A program made the position numbers and the translations under genes. A stretch of 64,000 nucleotides of DNA from Octopus vulgaris (Eukaryota): the NCBI GenBank assembly GCA_951406725.2, contig OX597818.1, positions 84,568,001 to 84,632,000 on the forward strand. The letters run 5' to 3'. Below are positions 13,026-28,136 of this stretch, in pieces. The notes under the pieces are model-generated. The model was given only the letters and a program-made list of their open reading frames with translations. It did not search any database and was not told where the DNA came from. Numbering within the stretch: the stretch's first letter is position 1; each line of letters starts with the position of its first letter.

Positions 13026-13572
13026 TAGTCTAATGATAAAATGATATAATATAATATAATGATATATGATTAAAAAAATTAAATTTAAAAATAGTTATAA
13101 TGTTAACTGAAAGAAAGAAATATTATAAAATGAATTAGGTGGAAAAGTGAGAGAGGAAATAAAATTTCATAAAATGAAAATGAAAATACAAATTAAAATA
13201 ATAAAGACGATAAAAATCAACATAAAATAAAAAAAGAGCGACTAAATACGTAGTGTGTGTGTGTATGTGTGTAATCGCAAGAATGAATAAGCGGCTAAGG
13301 TGAATATTATTTCTCTAACTGTGTAACTCCACATCTAAAAATCTTTTTCCTTTTATCAAAATTAATTTTACCATTATTTTTAATGTTATGTTGATTATTT
13401 TTATCGTTATTTTTAATTTCTAATTCTTATTTTGTAAAAGTTTCCTTCATCTCACACCTTTCCACGTATTCTGTTTCATTTTATTTTATGCGATTTTTCA
13501 TTTCACTTAACATTATATAATTTTAGCATTATTTCATCATTTATTAATCTTTCATCATCATCATCATCATCA

Positions 13573-13613
<41 letters not shown>

Positions 13614-13868
13614 GTTATTATTATTATTATTATTGTTATCATTATTATTATTATCATACTATAAAATTATTATATTACGTTCGCTCTCTGTTTTATGGGT
13701 CATAGCTCACCACACATCTCAACCAATCACGCTACCTAATTCTCTCCTTGTTTTATGGGCCATGACTGACCACATATCTTAAGAAAATCACCCGAGATAA
13801 TTCGCTCTATTTTATAACCGTGACTCACTACACACCTCAACCAATCAGAACTTGTCAGAAAGTTATAT
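11897..13868. mobile_element. foldback-like element: long inverted arms built from about 60-bp subrepeats, (AAT)n and an AT-rich block
   Basis: Left arm has roughly 15 copies of tgtgatgtgattggttgagatgtgtggtgagtca..ataaaacaga (11900-12900), then (AAT)n and an AT-rich block. Right arm (13370-13868) mirrors this with about 3 copies. Termini tgatatctgttacgttctgattgg and ccaatcagaacttgtcagaaagttata. Confidence 0.75.
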
Positions 13869-14157
13869 CTTTAACCCTCCTTCAATTACTGCTCCAATAA
13901 ATACACCAAATACCCCTCTTATTTTCATTAGTCTTTTGCGTTAGACATTTTTATCATAACGTTCGTTCGAGATTTATTCCGTTATTTTATTATTTTTGTT
14001 TTTCGAGGAAAATACTTTACCAATGCATAAAACACAACTGTGATTGACAACAGTAGCATCACCAAGGAAACACTCACAAATATAAGCATGTATATAACCA
14101 CACACGTGCTTTTAAAAAACTATTCTTTTCCTTCTCTTTGAACATTTTCCTCTTTCC

Positions 14158-14195
14158 TCTTTCTGACGAAGAGCCAACGCTCGAAACGTCACGAT
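14158..14195 (+). ncRNA. minimal HHR motif in a Penelope-like pLTR fragment (about 14140-14310)
   Basis: CTGACGA-a-GAGC caac GCTC-GAAA-CGTC: canonical core and GUC triplet, stem I decayed. The downstream ctgagcgtcaa...taatac segment is shared with the copies at 21.4, 25.4, 36.2 and 43.9 kb. Confidence 0.75.
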
Positions 14196-14309
14196 TTCTC
14201 CCTTTTCCATCTTAAACTGAGCGTCAACGAAATTAATACATTCACTGTGTAGGTCCTCTCGACTATTGCTGTTTTTGTTTCTACTTTTGTTTTATTTTTA
14301 AATTGCCTG

Positions 14310-14345
<36 letters not shown>

Positions 14346-14435
14346 GTACATACGTGAATACATTCATACTTATACGCACACACACACACACACAAGCATA
14401 CATATATATTTGTGTGTGGCTGTGAAGGATCCTGG

Positions 14436-14680
14436 CTCAGTGGTTAGAGCGTCGGGCTCACAATCATGAGGTAGTGAGTTCGATTCCCGGACAAGGCTGT
14501 GTATTGTTCTTGAGGAAGATGCTTTATTCCATGTTCTTTTCTCTTGGATAACATCAGTGTCGTGTAGAGGAGAGGCTGGTATGCATGGGCGACTGCTGGC
14601 CATCCATAAACAACCTTGAACTTGCTAGGTGCATTCTCATGGTCATTCGTGACCAAAGGGGGTCATTACTCTTTGCCCTT
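14436..14680 (+). mobile_element. SINE family C with tRNA-like A and B boxes
   Basis: A box tggctcagtggttagagc and B box gagttcgattccc, followed by a CORE-like ttcttgaggaagatgcttta. Confidence 0.8.
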
Positions 14681-15846
14681 TGTGTATGTGTGCATGAATG
14701 TATGTAAACATACATATAAAGAAATTTCTGTTTCTATATACAAGTGTTTCAATAGTTTTATCCCCAGTTCTGCAGTGCATCGCTAAAAGATGGATTTAAC
14801 TGATGATCTAAGCATGACTTCATTGAAATTCATAAAGGCATGAAAATATCAGTTATGTTCTCTGAGCATATTCTTACATGAAGTTGCTCGGTAATACTTC
14901 AACAACGAGGTTGAGGGAGTTTAAGGCCGATTGTAATCGTCATTGAATTTTGATGTTGATGTTATTGATCTTCACCTCAGCCCTGTCGGAGCAGTCTTTT
15001 TATGCACATCAAAAGACAAGACGTGGCTCACAGATCGATATGCAAGCTAAGGTATAGGGCCCTAACGAATAAAGTTACACTGTCTGCTTATATATCTATT
15101 TCACTGACATTTTTTTTCCTTCTTTATGCTCTTAGGATTGGTGACATGACAGCTGGTATTTTTAGCCAACGCGGTGTAGTTTCTTCTGTAGATGTGGGTT
15201 ATTTTGTCCAGAACGAACAAAATCTGATCAGGGTATTTACTAGTGTTGATGATAGTTAAAATCGCGTCGATGCATGCTTGAGGCTGTTATGTAAATATAA
15301 CCACCCTGTGTCCAGTAATATGTTCATGAGTAACATAGTGCTTGGTGAAGATACGTACAGAAGAGTTATGGGTCCGCACACAGTAATTTTTTCCTACATT
15401 CCCGCCGATTCCGAGAGTGTGACAATGTTGGTACAAGAAGGTGTTTTGTTTCTACAGAGAATGGGTTCTTGTAAAATAGAAGAAATATGGAGTTATCATA
15501 GTTTTCTATGATCTTATCTTATTTTGTTTTTATCGTCCAACTTTTATTTTATTTTGCTTTTTATTTGCATTTTATTTTCTCACTCAAACATTAATATGTA
15601 CATACACACAGTCATTCACAAATAAGTATACACACGCGAACATAAACAAGTGCACACACACACACACACACATACACATACACTTAGACACAGACACATA
15701 TATATACACATACGTACACACAAAAGCATAGACACATACTACAGTAAATGTGTATGTGTGCATGTATATTTACGTGTTAAGTCATTCACACGTATGTATA
15801 GATTGTGACTATGTATGTGTGTGTGTAAATATATATATATATATAC

Positions 15847-15897
<51 letters not shown>

Positions 15898-16179
15898 CTC
15901 ATACATATTTTTCTACAACGTAGGTTTGTGGGTGCATGTGATTGAAATTATATCCTATATTAATCGATACAAGATATATGTACTTAATGTAACAATGAAC
16001 AGGAAGCACACACACACAGACGCACACATACGCACATATCTATACACATAGGTGTATGGGTATATGCGCGACGTTAGGTGTCGTCAAGGGTTGAGAAGAG
16101 GAGGTGAACCAGTTCTGATGCTTTCATATTTTTTCTTTTTTACAACAAATAAGTATCACAAAATTATTAGTGAGTTGGT

Positions 16180-16321
16180 GTTATCATCATCGTCATCAGG
16201 GTCATCATCGTCATCATCATCTTTATCATAATCACCACCACTAACACCATCATCATCATCATCAACATCATCGCCATCATCAGCATTACCATCATCATCA
16301 TCATATAAATGTCAAAGTCGT

Positions 16322-16352
<31 letters not shown>

Positions 16353-16413
16353 AGCATAGTCACCATTCTCATCATCATCATCATCATCATCATCAACAGT
16401 GTCATCGTCCTCG

Positions 16414-16452
<39 letters not shown>

Positions 16453-16640
16453 GTGTCATCGTCCTCGTCGTTGTCATCATTATCATCACCATCATCATCC
16501 TCAGCATCATCATCAACATCATCATCATCATCAACAGTGTCACCGTCCTCGTCATCATCATCATCATCATCATCAACAGTGTCATCGTCCTCTTCATCAT
16601 CATCATCATCATTATCGTCAACAACAGCAACAACAAGAAC
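16180..16640. repeat. compound (CAT)n microsatellite with higher-order duplications
   Basis: The tcaacagtgtcatcgtcctc unit recurs between CAT runs; source of the poly-D/M/S ORFs. Confidence 0.92.
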
Positions 16641-16936
16641 CATTCGGAACACGGAAAACCTCTCTTTCACTATTACCAACACCAAAAGAGAATACAGTTC
16701 ACCCTCATCTGTGGTTTCGCTTTTAATTGTTGTTATTGTTGTTGTTATGCTCATTGCTTTGTATGTTTTTTTATCATTTCTGTTTCCTTTCTTTTTTTGC
16801 GTTTCTTTTTTTTTTCTTTGCTCCATCAATTTTTTTTCTGTTTTGAAAAGCCCCTTTTTTTCTTTGTGCTTCTTTTTGAACCTATGTTGAAACGAAAAAG
16901 AAGTATAAATATATACATACATACAAACTCATATAC

Positions 16937-17006
<70 letters not shown>

Positions 17007-17099
17007 TTTGTTAGTATGTGTGTGTGTATATACATGTGTATATATACATAAGTATGTGTGTATAAAGTTATATATATATTTACACACACACATATATAT

Positions 17100-17148
<49 letters not shown>

Positions 17149-17792
17149 CATACATACACACACTCACATACACATATATATATAATATATATATACATAT
17201 ATATATATATACATATACATGAAGTTTCATATTTATGAATACGTATGTATGTGCATATGTGTGTGTGTGTGTGTGTATGTGTGTGTGTGTGCACGCCAGT
17301 GTGCGTGTCTTTATAATCATAGTATATACAGATACACAATGACATACGATAGAGGGACACCAGCCACTACGGAGATAAAAGAGAGGACGAAATGACAAGA
17401 TATGTACAGTCATGTATTTAATATCATACAGACCTATTCTCTGCCTCTTTCTTCCCGTACTTAGAATTGCGCGGAATGGCTATACAAAGGAGATAGTGTG
17501 GAACCGTGTTATGTTTTGGTAAGGGAGTGGAGGCACTATGGTTTGCTTCGCCCTTTTTTATTTTTTTATCTTTTCATATTGGCATCTTTTTCGTTCTTCT
17601 GATTTTTTTTTCTTGTTTTTGTTTCCTTGGCTATTTCTTCTTTTTTTTTCTATTCACCTTTATGTTTTTAGAATTTATTATTTTTACATTTATCTAGGTG
17701 TGTTTCGTGTGTTTGGAAAGACAGAAAATGTTATTGTTATTTTATTTTTTGTTATTGTTATTTTGTCTATTTCCGTGATTTTTTTTTCTATA

Positions 17793-17859
<67 letters not shown>

Positions 17860-17959
17860 ATTTTGCTGTCATGAAATAAAGGCAGAAAGAAAAAAAAACA
17901 TTAAGGGAATAATAATTATTATGATGGAAAGATAGACAAATAAGCAGTTTTTCAAAAAG

Positions 17960-18022
17960 ACTGACAGACAGACACAAAGGCAGACAGATAGGCAGACAGA
18001 CAGATTAACAGATAGATGGATG

Positions 18023-18119
<97 letters not shown>

Positions 18120-18122
18120 TGG

Positions 18123-18186
<64 letters not shown>

Positions 18187-18240
18187 CGGACAGATAGACG
18201 AAATGATAGAGAGTCAGACAGACAGACAGACAGACTGACA
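17960..18240. repeat. compound (GACA)/(GATA)n/(GATT)n microsatellite
   Basis: Direct tetranucleotide repeats. Confidence 0.95.
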
Positions 18241-18456
18241 GCCTGATAGACGGTGTGAGAAAAACAACAGAGTAAGAAGTGTGTACGTGTGTGAGAGTGA
18301 CTGGGACTGATAGATAGGATAACTACAGATGTATATCCATGCATATAAGCATGCCTGAATGCATGAATATGTCTGGATGCGTAGAATGAGAAAGATAAAA
18401 CGATATGGGTTCAAAAGAATCAATCAAAATCTAGTATTCATATTCATATACATATA

Positions 18457-18691
18457 CAGGGTGGCCCAAAAGTAGATTTACAGTTATCGCATAGGTACTT
18501 TAAATTTCTTTTAAAACACTTTATTACATTAAAATTTTTATGTTACAAATGAAAAGGAAGCTTGACAAAATTAACTGAATTGGTATAGAATAGTGGTTTC
18601 ATATTTATTTTATAATTAAGATCTAAACTGTTAATATATGAATGCCAAAGAAATAGTTGAATAACTGTAAACCTACTTTTGGGCCACCCTC
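18457..18691. mobile_element. Tc1/mariner-type MITE, about 31-bp TIRs, TA target duplication
   Basis: TA|cagggtggcccaaaagtagatttacagttat ... ataactgtaaacctacttttgggccaccctc|TA. Confidence 0.9.
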
Positions 18692-20124
18692 TATATAAAT
18701 ACACACATGGATTCACACACACATACATACATATATACATTTGTGTGTGTGTGTGTGTATATATATACAGTTAGCACACACAAGCACACACCTATATGCA
18801 TACATACATACATACATTAATATATACATACATACATACATACATACATACATAAATGCATGTGTATATGGGTATATTCATAATTACGTATAGGTTTTGC
18901 TAGAGAATCTTCAAGAGATCTCAGTCGAAAAATATATGATAAGGGACTAATGGCGAGTAAAAATAGGGACTACAGAAAAATAACACGGTGGGGGTGGAGA
19001 TTATTAAAGTTAAACTAGTTGTAAATGGAACTGATGTTATTTTTTGCGTGCATATAAAACTATATATGTGTGTAAGCGTGCCTGCCGATTTTTAGTTTGT
19101 GTGTACTTCTGATCCTTTAGTGTGCGATACACGCACAAAGCTTTCAGACATATAGCAATGCTATTTTATATTTGTGTATGTTTTTGCGTAAATTACATGC
19201 CTCAATATATTTGTATGTGTTTATGTAAGGTGCATACCTCTATATAAATATATGTGTTTATGAGCGTCATTAAGTTAGGTTCGTGTGCTGTGTGTTTATG
19301 ATCATTGAGTGTGCGATATATACAAAAAAATTTCAGGCACACAAAAGTACCATTAAGTTATATTTGCACTTGTGTTTCACAAACGTGTGTGTCTATTGTG
19401 CATATTCATATGTGTCTTCAAGTTACGTTCCTGTTTGTGCCTTTAAGCTGAGTGTTGTATGTATGCGTGTTTGGGTGAATGTATATCTGCAAACTTTGTG
19501 TGTATATCTTGTAAACTTCAAGGATTGCGCGAGTTCGTGTAATGGCACATGTGCGTATATATATACATATATATTTGTGTTTTTGAGCATATCACTAAAT
19601 ATAATTCGTGTATGCGTTCGTGCGAGCGTTTGCATCATTTTTGTGCTTAGAGAAGCCTGTAAATTGTGTTTGTGCAGTTTTTTGTGTACTTGAGGAGTGA
19701 GTTTGTGTCTGTCTGTCTGAGAACGTGTTTCTGAGATGACTGTATAATTGCGTGTGCCAATAAGGTTTATATTTTTGGTGTATGAATCTATAATGTGCTA
19801 TTGTGCGTGCCAGTAATAAGATGTGAGATAACGAGGAGGGCGGTAACTATATATGTATACATACATTTATATAAATATATACATTATGTGTATGTGTGTG
19901 TGTGTGTGTGTGTGTGTATGACTGTCCATTATTGGTGGACGGGTTAAAAGGCAGACATAATCATACGTTTAACTCCTTTGGAAAAAACTGTTACTTTTAT
20001 ATCACACGACATAATCACTCGTTTGGCCTTTAGGAAACAAACAAAAAGGGCCCATTTACTTAGTAAGGTGTGGCAGAGGTTGGAACATCTGATATGACCG
20101 ACGATGACACGTCTGGACATGTAT

Positions 20125-20178
<54 letters not shown>

Positions 20179-20574
20179 ATACATATACACACACATATAT
20201 ATATACATACATATATATATACATATATATATACATATACATATATATATATATACATATATATACATACATATATATATATATATACATATATATATGT
20301 ATGTATATATGCATGTATATATATACACACATATATATATACATATATGCATATGCATTCATTCATTCATACATACTTACGTACATACATATATATATAT
20401 ACGTACGTGCATATACAAAACGGGCATATACACATACGCACTTGCATAAAACCTGCAAATCGTCAAGGGTTGTTGGTCGATCTGGTGTTTAGGTTACTGG
20501 TAGCTGTGGTGATGAGGGTATCCATAGTGATGAGAGCGTTAATGGTGGACAGAATAGCAGCAGAGACGGCAGTA

Positions 20575-20606
20575 GAGGTAGCAGCCGCAGCAGCAACAGC
20601 AGTCTC

Positions 20607-20665
<59 letters not shown>

Positions 20666-20729
20666 CAATAGCAGCAGTAGTAGTAGTAGTAGTAGTAGTA
20701 GCAGCAGCAGCAGTAGTAGTAGCAGCAGC

Positions 20730-20802
<73 letters not shown>
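20575..20802. repeat. (GTA/GCA)n microsatellite
   Basis: Direct trinucleotide repeat. Confidence 0.95.
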
Positions 20803-21318
20803 ATGAAGTTGGAGGGGTGGTATTACTAAGAATTGTTGTTCGCTGCGAGGTTGTGGCATTTCCGGTAGCAGTAGTGTTGGTGGGTGTGGTGCTAGTGGTG
20901 GTGAATGAGTGGAGTTTAAGTTACAAATAAGGGTGGATGAATGGGTTGAGGTTCGTGGCCCCTGGCCTTAATAAGATCTCCCATAATGGTGAGATTAATG
21001 AGGCTGATATTCGTTAATTAAACATTAACCATTGAAAACACCAACTATTCATATTTTGAGGAAATAAAATCTGTTGTTGTCGCCGTCGTTGTTGCCGATG
21101 CTGTTGTTGTTGTTGTTGTTGTTGCACAGTCGAGATCCTGATCAGAAGTGGATTCTGCCTGAGAATTATGTGAAGGTTACATGTGTCTGTGGAATGCTCC
21201 ACCGTTTATATGTTAATTCCGGAACAGGTACTTTCAGTAGAACGCACAACTAAATCGTTATCACCGAAAGATACACATAATATATATGTGTGTGTGTGCG
21301 TGTGTGTGTATGAATATA

Positions 21319-23222
<1,904 letters not shown>

Positions 23223-23265
23223 TATATAAACTTTATTAATAAATCTTCAAAGACATCACAAAGAG

Positions 23266-23299
23266 TGTTACTCAGTTTCACGTTCCCGTTCGTCGGACA
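23266..23299 (-). ncRNA. minimal HHR motif (core CCGACGA) just upstream of the PLE relic
   Basis: Minus strand tgt-CCGACGA-acg ggaa cgt-GAAA-ctgag-TA-aca, enclosed by the inverted repeat aaagacatcacaaa (23249) and tttgtgatgtcttt (23326). Confidence 0.7.
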
Positions 23300-23367
23300 G
23301 TTTTGGTTGAAAATTCTGAACAGTTTTTGTGATGTCTTTGCATCTTTGAGATAAAGTAAAGGATAAC

Positions 23368-23835
23368 AAGAAATGAGCAAAATTCTTTTCTACACTAGGC
23401 ACAAGGCCCGAAATTTGGGCGGAAAGAGCTAGTCGATTAGATCGAACCCAGTACGCAACTGGTACGTAGTTTATCGACCCCTAAAGAATGAAAAGGAAAA
23501 TCGACCTCGGCAGAATTTGAACCCAGAACGTAAAGACAACGAAATACTGCTAAGCATTTTGCCCGACGTGCTAATGTTTCTGCCATCTCGACGCCTTAAG
23601 AAATGAGCAAAATTATTTTCTACTCTAGGCACAAGACCCGAAATGCTTGGGGAGGGGTGCAGTCGATTACATCAACCTTAGTATGCAACTGGTACTTAAT
23701 TTATCGACCCCGAAATTATGAAAGACAAAGCCGACCTCAGCAGAATTTGAACTCAGAACGTAAAGACAGACGAAATACCACTAAGCATTTCACTGGGTGT
23801 GCTAACGTTTCTGCCAGCTCGCCACCTTAAGAAAT
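23368..23835 (-). mobile_element. head-to-tail dimer of SINE family B
   Basis: Two about 230-bp units, each preceded by aagaaatgagcaaaatt.ttttctac.ctaggcacaag; aagaaat recurs at 23829. Confidence 0.88.
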
Positions 23836-24031
23836 TGGCGCAGTCATGACACTGTGGTTAAAAAGCTCATTGAAGATCCTATGACTTGACTTCAGATTCT
23901 GTCTCATTACACAGCACTTTGGGTCAGTTTCTTGTATTAGAGCCCTAGGCCAGCTGACCAATACCCTGTAAGTGAATCTTTTCAACAGATATTGTATAAA
24001 AGCGGATGTGTATGAGTATGTGTGTGTGTGT

Positions 24032-24083
<52 letters not shown>

Positions 24084-24294
24084 ATGTGTGTCCGTGCTGT
24101 TCTCGCACTATTAATTTCCTTCTCTATGGAGTTTTCCACTTTCCTCTTTCTGACAAAGAGCCATGTTTTTTTGCATCTTAAACTTTTTCTGAGCGTCAAT
24201 CTAATATTTTCAATGTGTACGTTCTTTTGATGTTTTTATTTTTAATTTTGATTTGCCTCTGTATGTGTATGTACATATACATATATATGTAAAA

Positions 24295-24615
24295 GCTACG
24301 TGGTTCCGGGCTCAGTCACACTGCATCTGCCTTGGGCCGACCAAAGTCTTTGGTGGATTTGGTAGACGGAAACTAAAAGAAACCTGTCGTATATATATAT
24401 ATGTGTATGTGTGTGTTTGTGTGTCTGTGTTTGTTTCCCCAGCATCGCTTGACAACCGATGTTGGTGTGTTTACATTCCCGTAACTTAGCAGTTCGGCAA
24501 AGGAGACCGATAGAATAAGTATTAGGCTTACAAAAAGCAAGTCCTGCGTCGATTTGTTCGACTAAAGGCGGTGATCCAGCGTGGCCGCAGTCAAATGACT
24601 AATACAGCTAAAAGA
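24295..24615 (+). mobile_element. SINE family A, near complete
   Basis: Head remnant, internal TA/TG repeat, and tail cgcttgacaaccgatgttggtgtgtttac...cggcaaaggagaccgatagaataagta...ggccgcagtcaaatgact. Confidence 0.85.
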
Positions 24616-24635
24616 GTAATATATATATATATATA

Positions 24636-25131
24636 TGGTGGTTGTCTACTCCTTATGCAGTTTGACTACCTCTTTTATATCTATACCTTAGAACCATCAT
24701 GGCATCTGATGTGGCTTTTCAAACCAGACAATGTTCTGAAAAGACACATCGAATTCATATTTGATTTGGACCACCCAGAGCAGCATATAAGTTCTGATCT
24801 TTGTGGGTCTTAAAATGTCTTTCGAGACCTCCGTTAGATTTGCAAACCTTCTGGCATACATTGCATTCAAAGGTGTGCACAAATATATAAGCAGAATAGT
24901 TGCCGGAGGTCCATTTTCCATGGGTTCGCAAATGAGATTTGAGCCTAGCAAAAGAAAGGCATAGTGCATCACAGACTGTGCACACAAAAAGGTCATTGTG
25001 ATTCACCTTCTCGATCGTAGCATTCTTCTTTAAATCTCTTTTGAGTCTTGCATGCGTTATCCTGGCCTCTTCAAACGCTTTCACTCCACTCCACACTTTT
25101 GTTCGCCATCCAACTCGATCCGAAGCAAGAA
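24636..25131 (-). mobile_element. 3' end of an RTE-clade LINE encoding tandem C2H2 zinc fingers
   Basis: [20 protein letters not shown] (RTE C-terminal A.DR..WR motif), CTVCDALCLSFARLKSHLRTH, CNVCQKVCKSNGGLERHFKTH, and a decayed third finger CLFRTLSGLKSHIRCH. A short 3' UTR ends in (TA)n. Confidence 0.85.
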
Positions 25132-25132
25132 A

Positions 25133-25177
<45 letters not shown>

Positions 25178-25179
<2 letters not shown>

Positions 25180-25298
25180 AAAATGGAACAAGAACGCAGA
25201 ACATCCAGACAGGTGATACCAAAAAAAGGGACAACAACACATCCAGATAGACGATACAAAGACAACAAGGACGGGTAATTCGGAATTTTCTTTCCAAT
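25178..25298 (-). mobile_element. pLTR-like terminal fragment (same family as 6560-6670) between TA tracts
   Basis: Reverse complement cgtccttgttgtctttgtatcgtctatctggatgtgttgttgtcc...tctggatgttctgcgttcttgttccatttttgta matches 6570-6668. Confidence 0.75.
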
Positions 25299-25302
25299 AT
25301 AT

Positions 25303-25371
<69 letters not shown>

Positions 25372-25467
25372 CGGGAAGTTTTATGAAAATAAACAAAAGA
25401 CGAAGGCAGGTGGAGTACAAACAAACAATTGTATTAGTATGGCGCTCAGGAATATAAATAAAACAAG

Positions 25468-25505
25468 TCTTTTACGTTTCGAGCCTACGCTCTTCAACAG
25501 AAAGA
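25468..25505 (-). ncRNA. minimal HHR (CUGUUGA variant) in a PLE pLTR fragment (25370-25575)
   Basis: Minus strand tcttt-CTGTTGA-a-gagc gtag gctc-GAAA-CG-TA-aaaga. Stems I and II are perfect, stem III is the ACGU palindrome, triplet GUA. Confidence 0.8.
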
Positions 25506-26722
25506 TACACAGAAAAGAAACACGGAGAGAAACAAGAAGAGAAAAAAATGCGTGCAGAAGCTAGCGAATCAACATCAATGTGTGTGCGTGCTTTTGCGTG
25601 CGTTTGTGTGCGTGTATGTGTAAACATTGTTATTAATCCAAACATGTGGAGGAATAGAAATAATGAAACTGAAAATGCACAGGGAATATGTTAGAATTAA
25701 TTAGAATTTAATTCTATTTTAAAATATAAGAATACGTTTTTACCGGTTTCACTTTAATTTTACAAAAGAGTATGGTGTATGGTTATGTACTGCGAATTAT
25801 GTTATAAAAATACTTTGTTTTTGAAGCAGGGATGTAGCTCAGAGCGCTGTCCGTTAACGTATAAATTGATTGGTCAACGTTCATGTATTAAGCTTATGAA
25901 TGGTTCACGTCTTGAGAATTTAGAAACCTCAAGAATGTACAATAATTGTTCCTTTTGGGGGTAAACGTTGAACCTCGAAACAGATTAAGCTATAAATAAT
26001 AGCATGTTAAAATCGGGTTAATAAATCCTTTAAATTAGAAAAATGGAAGATAATGACCCTTTAACATATTATTGGCAGGCTATTATTCATGGCATTATCG
26101 ACTTCAAGATTCTCTACTCAAAACAACGGGATGCGTGTGTGTGTGTGTGTGTGTATATATGTGTGTGTGTGTGCTGTGTTTGTAGTGTCCCCCACCAACT
26201 GCTTAACAAACGGTGTTGGTGTGTTTGCGATAGCCTGGGCACCAGGCTTAATACAATATGTACTGGGTCGTTATTTAATGATTGAGACAAATATAAGATG
26301 AAAGAAACAATAAAATTGTCGATTTATTATGCTATATATTTTGACGGCACGGGTATACTAAGTATGCAACACGTGTGTCAGTGTGTGTGTGTATGTGTAT
26401 GTGTGTGTGTGTGTGTGTGTGTGTTTGGATGTGCTTCTCTTTGTATCCTTGCTTGTGTGTTTCTTTATGTGAATGTGTGTGTGTGTCTATATCTCCATCA
26501 AAATCATGATCACCATCAACATTATCACTACTACCAGTATCAACATTATCGACCACGTACTCATTATAATCATCATGTGTTGTACATGGTTGTGTGTGTG
26601 TATGTGTGTGTGGGTCTATGTGCGCGTGTTTATATGTGTGTATATTATATCAAAACTTAATAGTACATCCTGAGTTTCACTCCTGGCGGGGCTATTCCCG
26701 ACTGTGATTCATATATACATTT

Positions 26723-26776
<54 letters not shown>

Positions 26777-26782
26777 TTATTA

Positions 26783-26869
<87 letters not shown>

Positions 26870-27857
26870 TGTGTTTGTGTGTGTCTGTGTCTATGTATGC
26901 TTATGATCTTGTTTCCTGGACATCCTTTCTGCGTTCCTTTCATATATTTCATCTCTCTCGGCACCCACGATCCAATCAGCCTCACCCCACCTACTTTCTT
27001 TCCTTCCTTGCCTCTCATCCCCACCACCACCACCTCTTACACTGTTACTTTTACGCTAATACTAATAACTCCCGATCCTTTAGATATATTGCCACTCATC
27101 CACCACCCTCCCATCTGTGCATCTATGACTCACTGTCTTCTGTCTTCTGTCAATTACCCCAATCAAAGTTTGCCATCAGGATTCCCACTTTGCCTTAATT
27201 AGTTTGTATCTTGCTAATTACCATCTGCGCATGCATACACACGCATGCAGTCACTCGCCCGCGCACGCGCAAACGCGAGGACGCACACACATACACACAC
27301 ATACACAGGTATACAAACATACGTTCGTACACACATTCAGACACGTCTTCATGCATTCAAATTTCTACACGCATACATTTATACATAGACAGATGCATAC
27401 GTGCATACACACATACACACACACACAAAACATAGATACAAAGACAAACGCACACACATACATAAATACGTTGACATACATGCGTACGTGCATGCTCCTA
27501 CGATGCGAGTGCAGTCATCATTAACAAGCACTTGTGTGCACAAAGACAAGTGTGTATAGTTATAAGCACCTGCAATAACACATCAACAGGGGATACAAAT
27601 ATACACAGCTGTGCACAGGGACGTACACAATGCAGACACATCCACATACTCGTAAATGGTTAGCAAAACCACGGAATTTCAAATATTATAACGTATACAC
27701 ATTATACTGTTTTCACAGCTATGCTACGCTGAAATTTATATTCTTTTCTGTAGACTATCAAACACATTCGACGCTTCCAAAGTTTGTTTATAAAATACAG
27801 TCGCATTCCAAAACCTAACATTATTTAGCGCTAAAACTGACAGTAATATCTGTCAGC

Positions 27858-27925
27858 AGTCCGTTCAGCTTAAGGGTAGAATACTTCCCCGGCATTTGAC
27901 GGGTACGGGTTCGAATCCTATCCTT
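27858..27925 (+). other. tRNA-like (SINE head) remnant
   Basis: A-box-like cagcttaagggtagaat and B box ggttcgaatcc; no complete cloverleaf. Confidence 0.45.
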
Positions 27926-28136
27926 ATCTGCTGGAAGCCCCCCCCCTCACGTCTTTTATAGGTAAAATGCCTAATATTTCTGCTGTCTTTACGTTCGAAA
28001 TTTCCTTTCTTGTTTGTAATATATATATTAAAGGAAAATGGACAACAAAACCAAGGCAGGACGAATATCCTAGGTCATTTAAAATATTTAATTAGGTTAA
28101 GGATGGATCAAAATATGGAGAAGTAGAAGTAATTAA

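Noticed and set aside
14436-14495. tRNA gene candidates (also about 21800-21860, 27858, 49850-49910 and 50320)
   Set aside because: A and B boxes are present, but there is no full cloverleaf and they continue into SINE bodies.
14795-14856. CTGATGA...GAAA hammerhead-like spacing
   Set aside because: Stems I and II cannot be formed convincingly without using core nucleotides; possibly a very old copy.
15250-15500. Possible degenerate GIY-YIG on the minus strand
   Set aside because: Needs several frameshifts and lacks the key residues.
16167-16922. 251-aa acidic/basic ORF
   Set aside because: Made of CAT repeats and poly-T runs; compositional artefact.
17420-17555. Short unique open frame on the minus strand (KGEANHSASTPLPKH...)
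   Set aside because: No recognisable homology or convincing splice sites.
25735-26100. GAAACCGGUA half-hammerhead (minus) and faint PLE endonuclease similarity (plus)
   Set aside because: No CUGANGA partner, and the protein similarity is too weak to support by eye.
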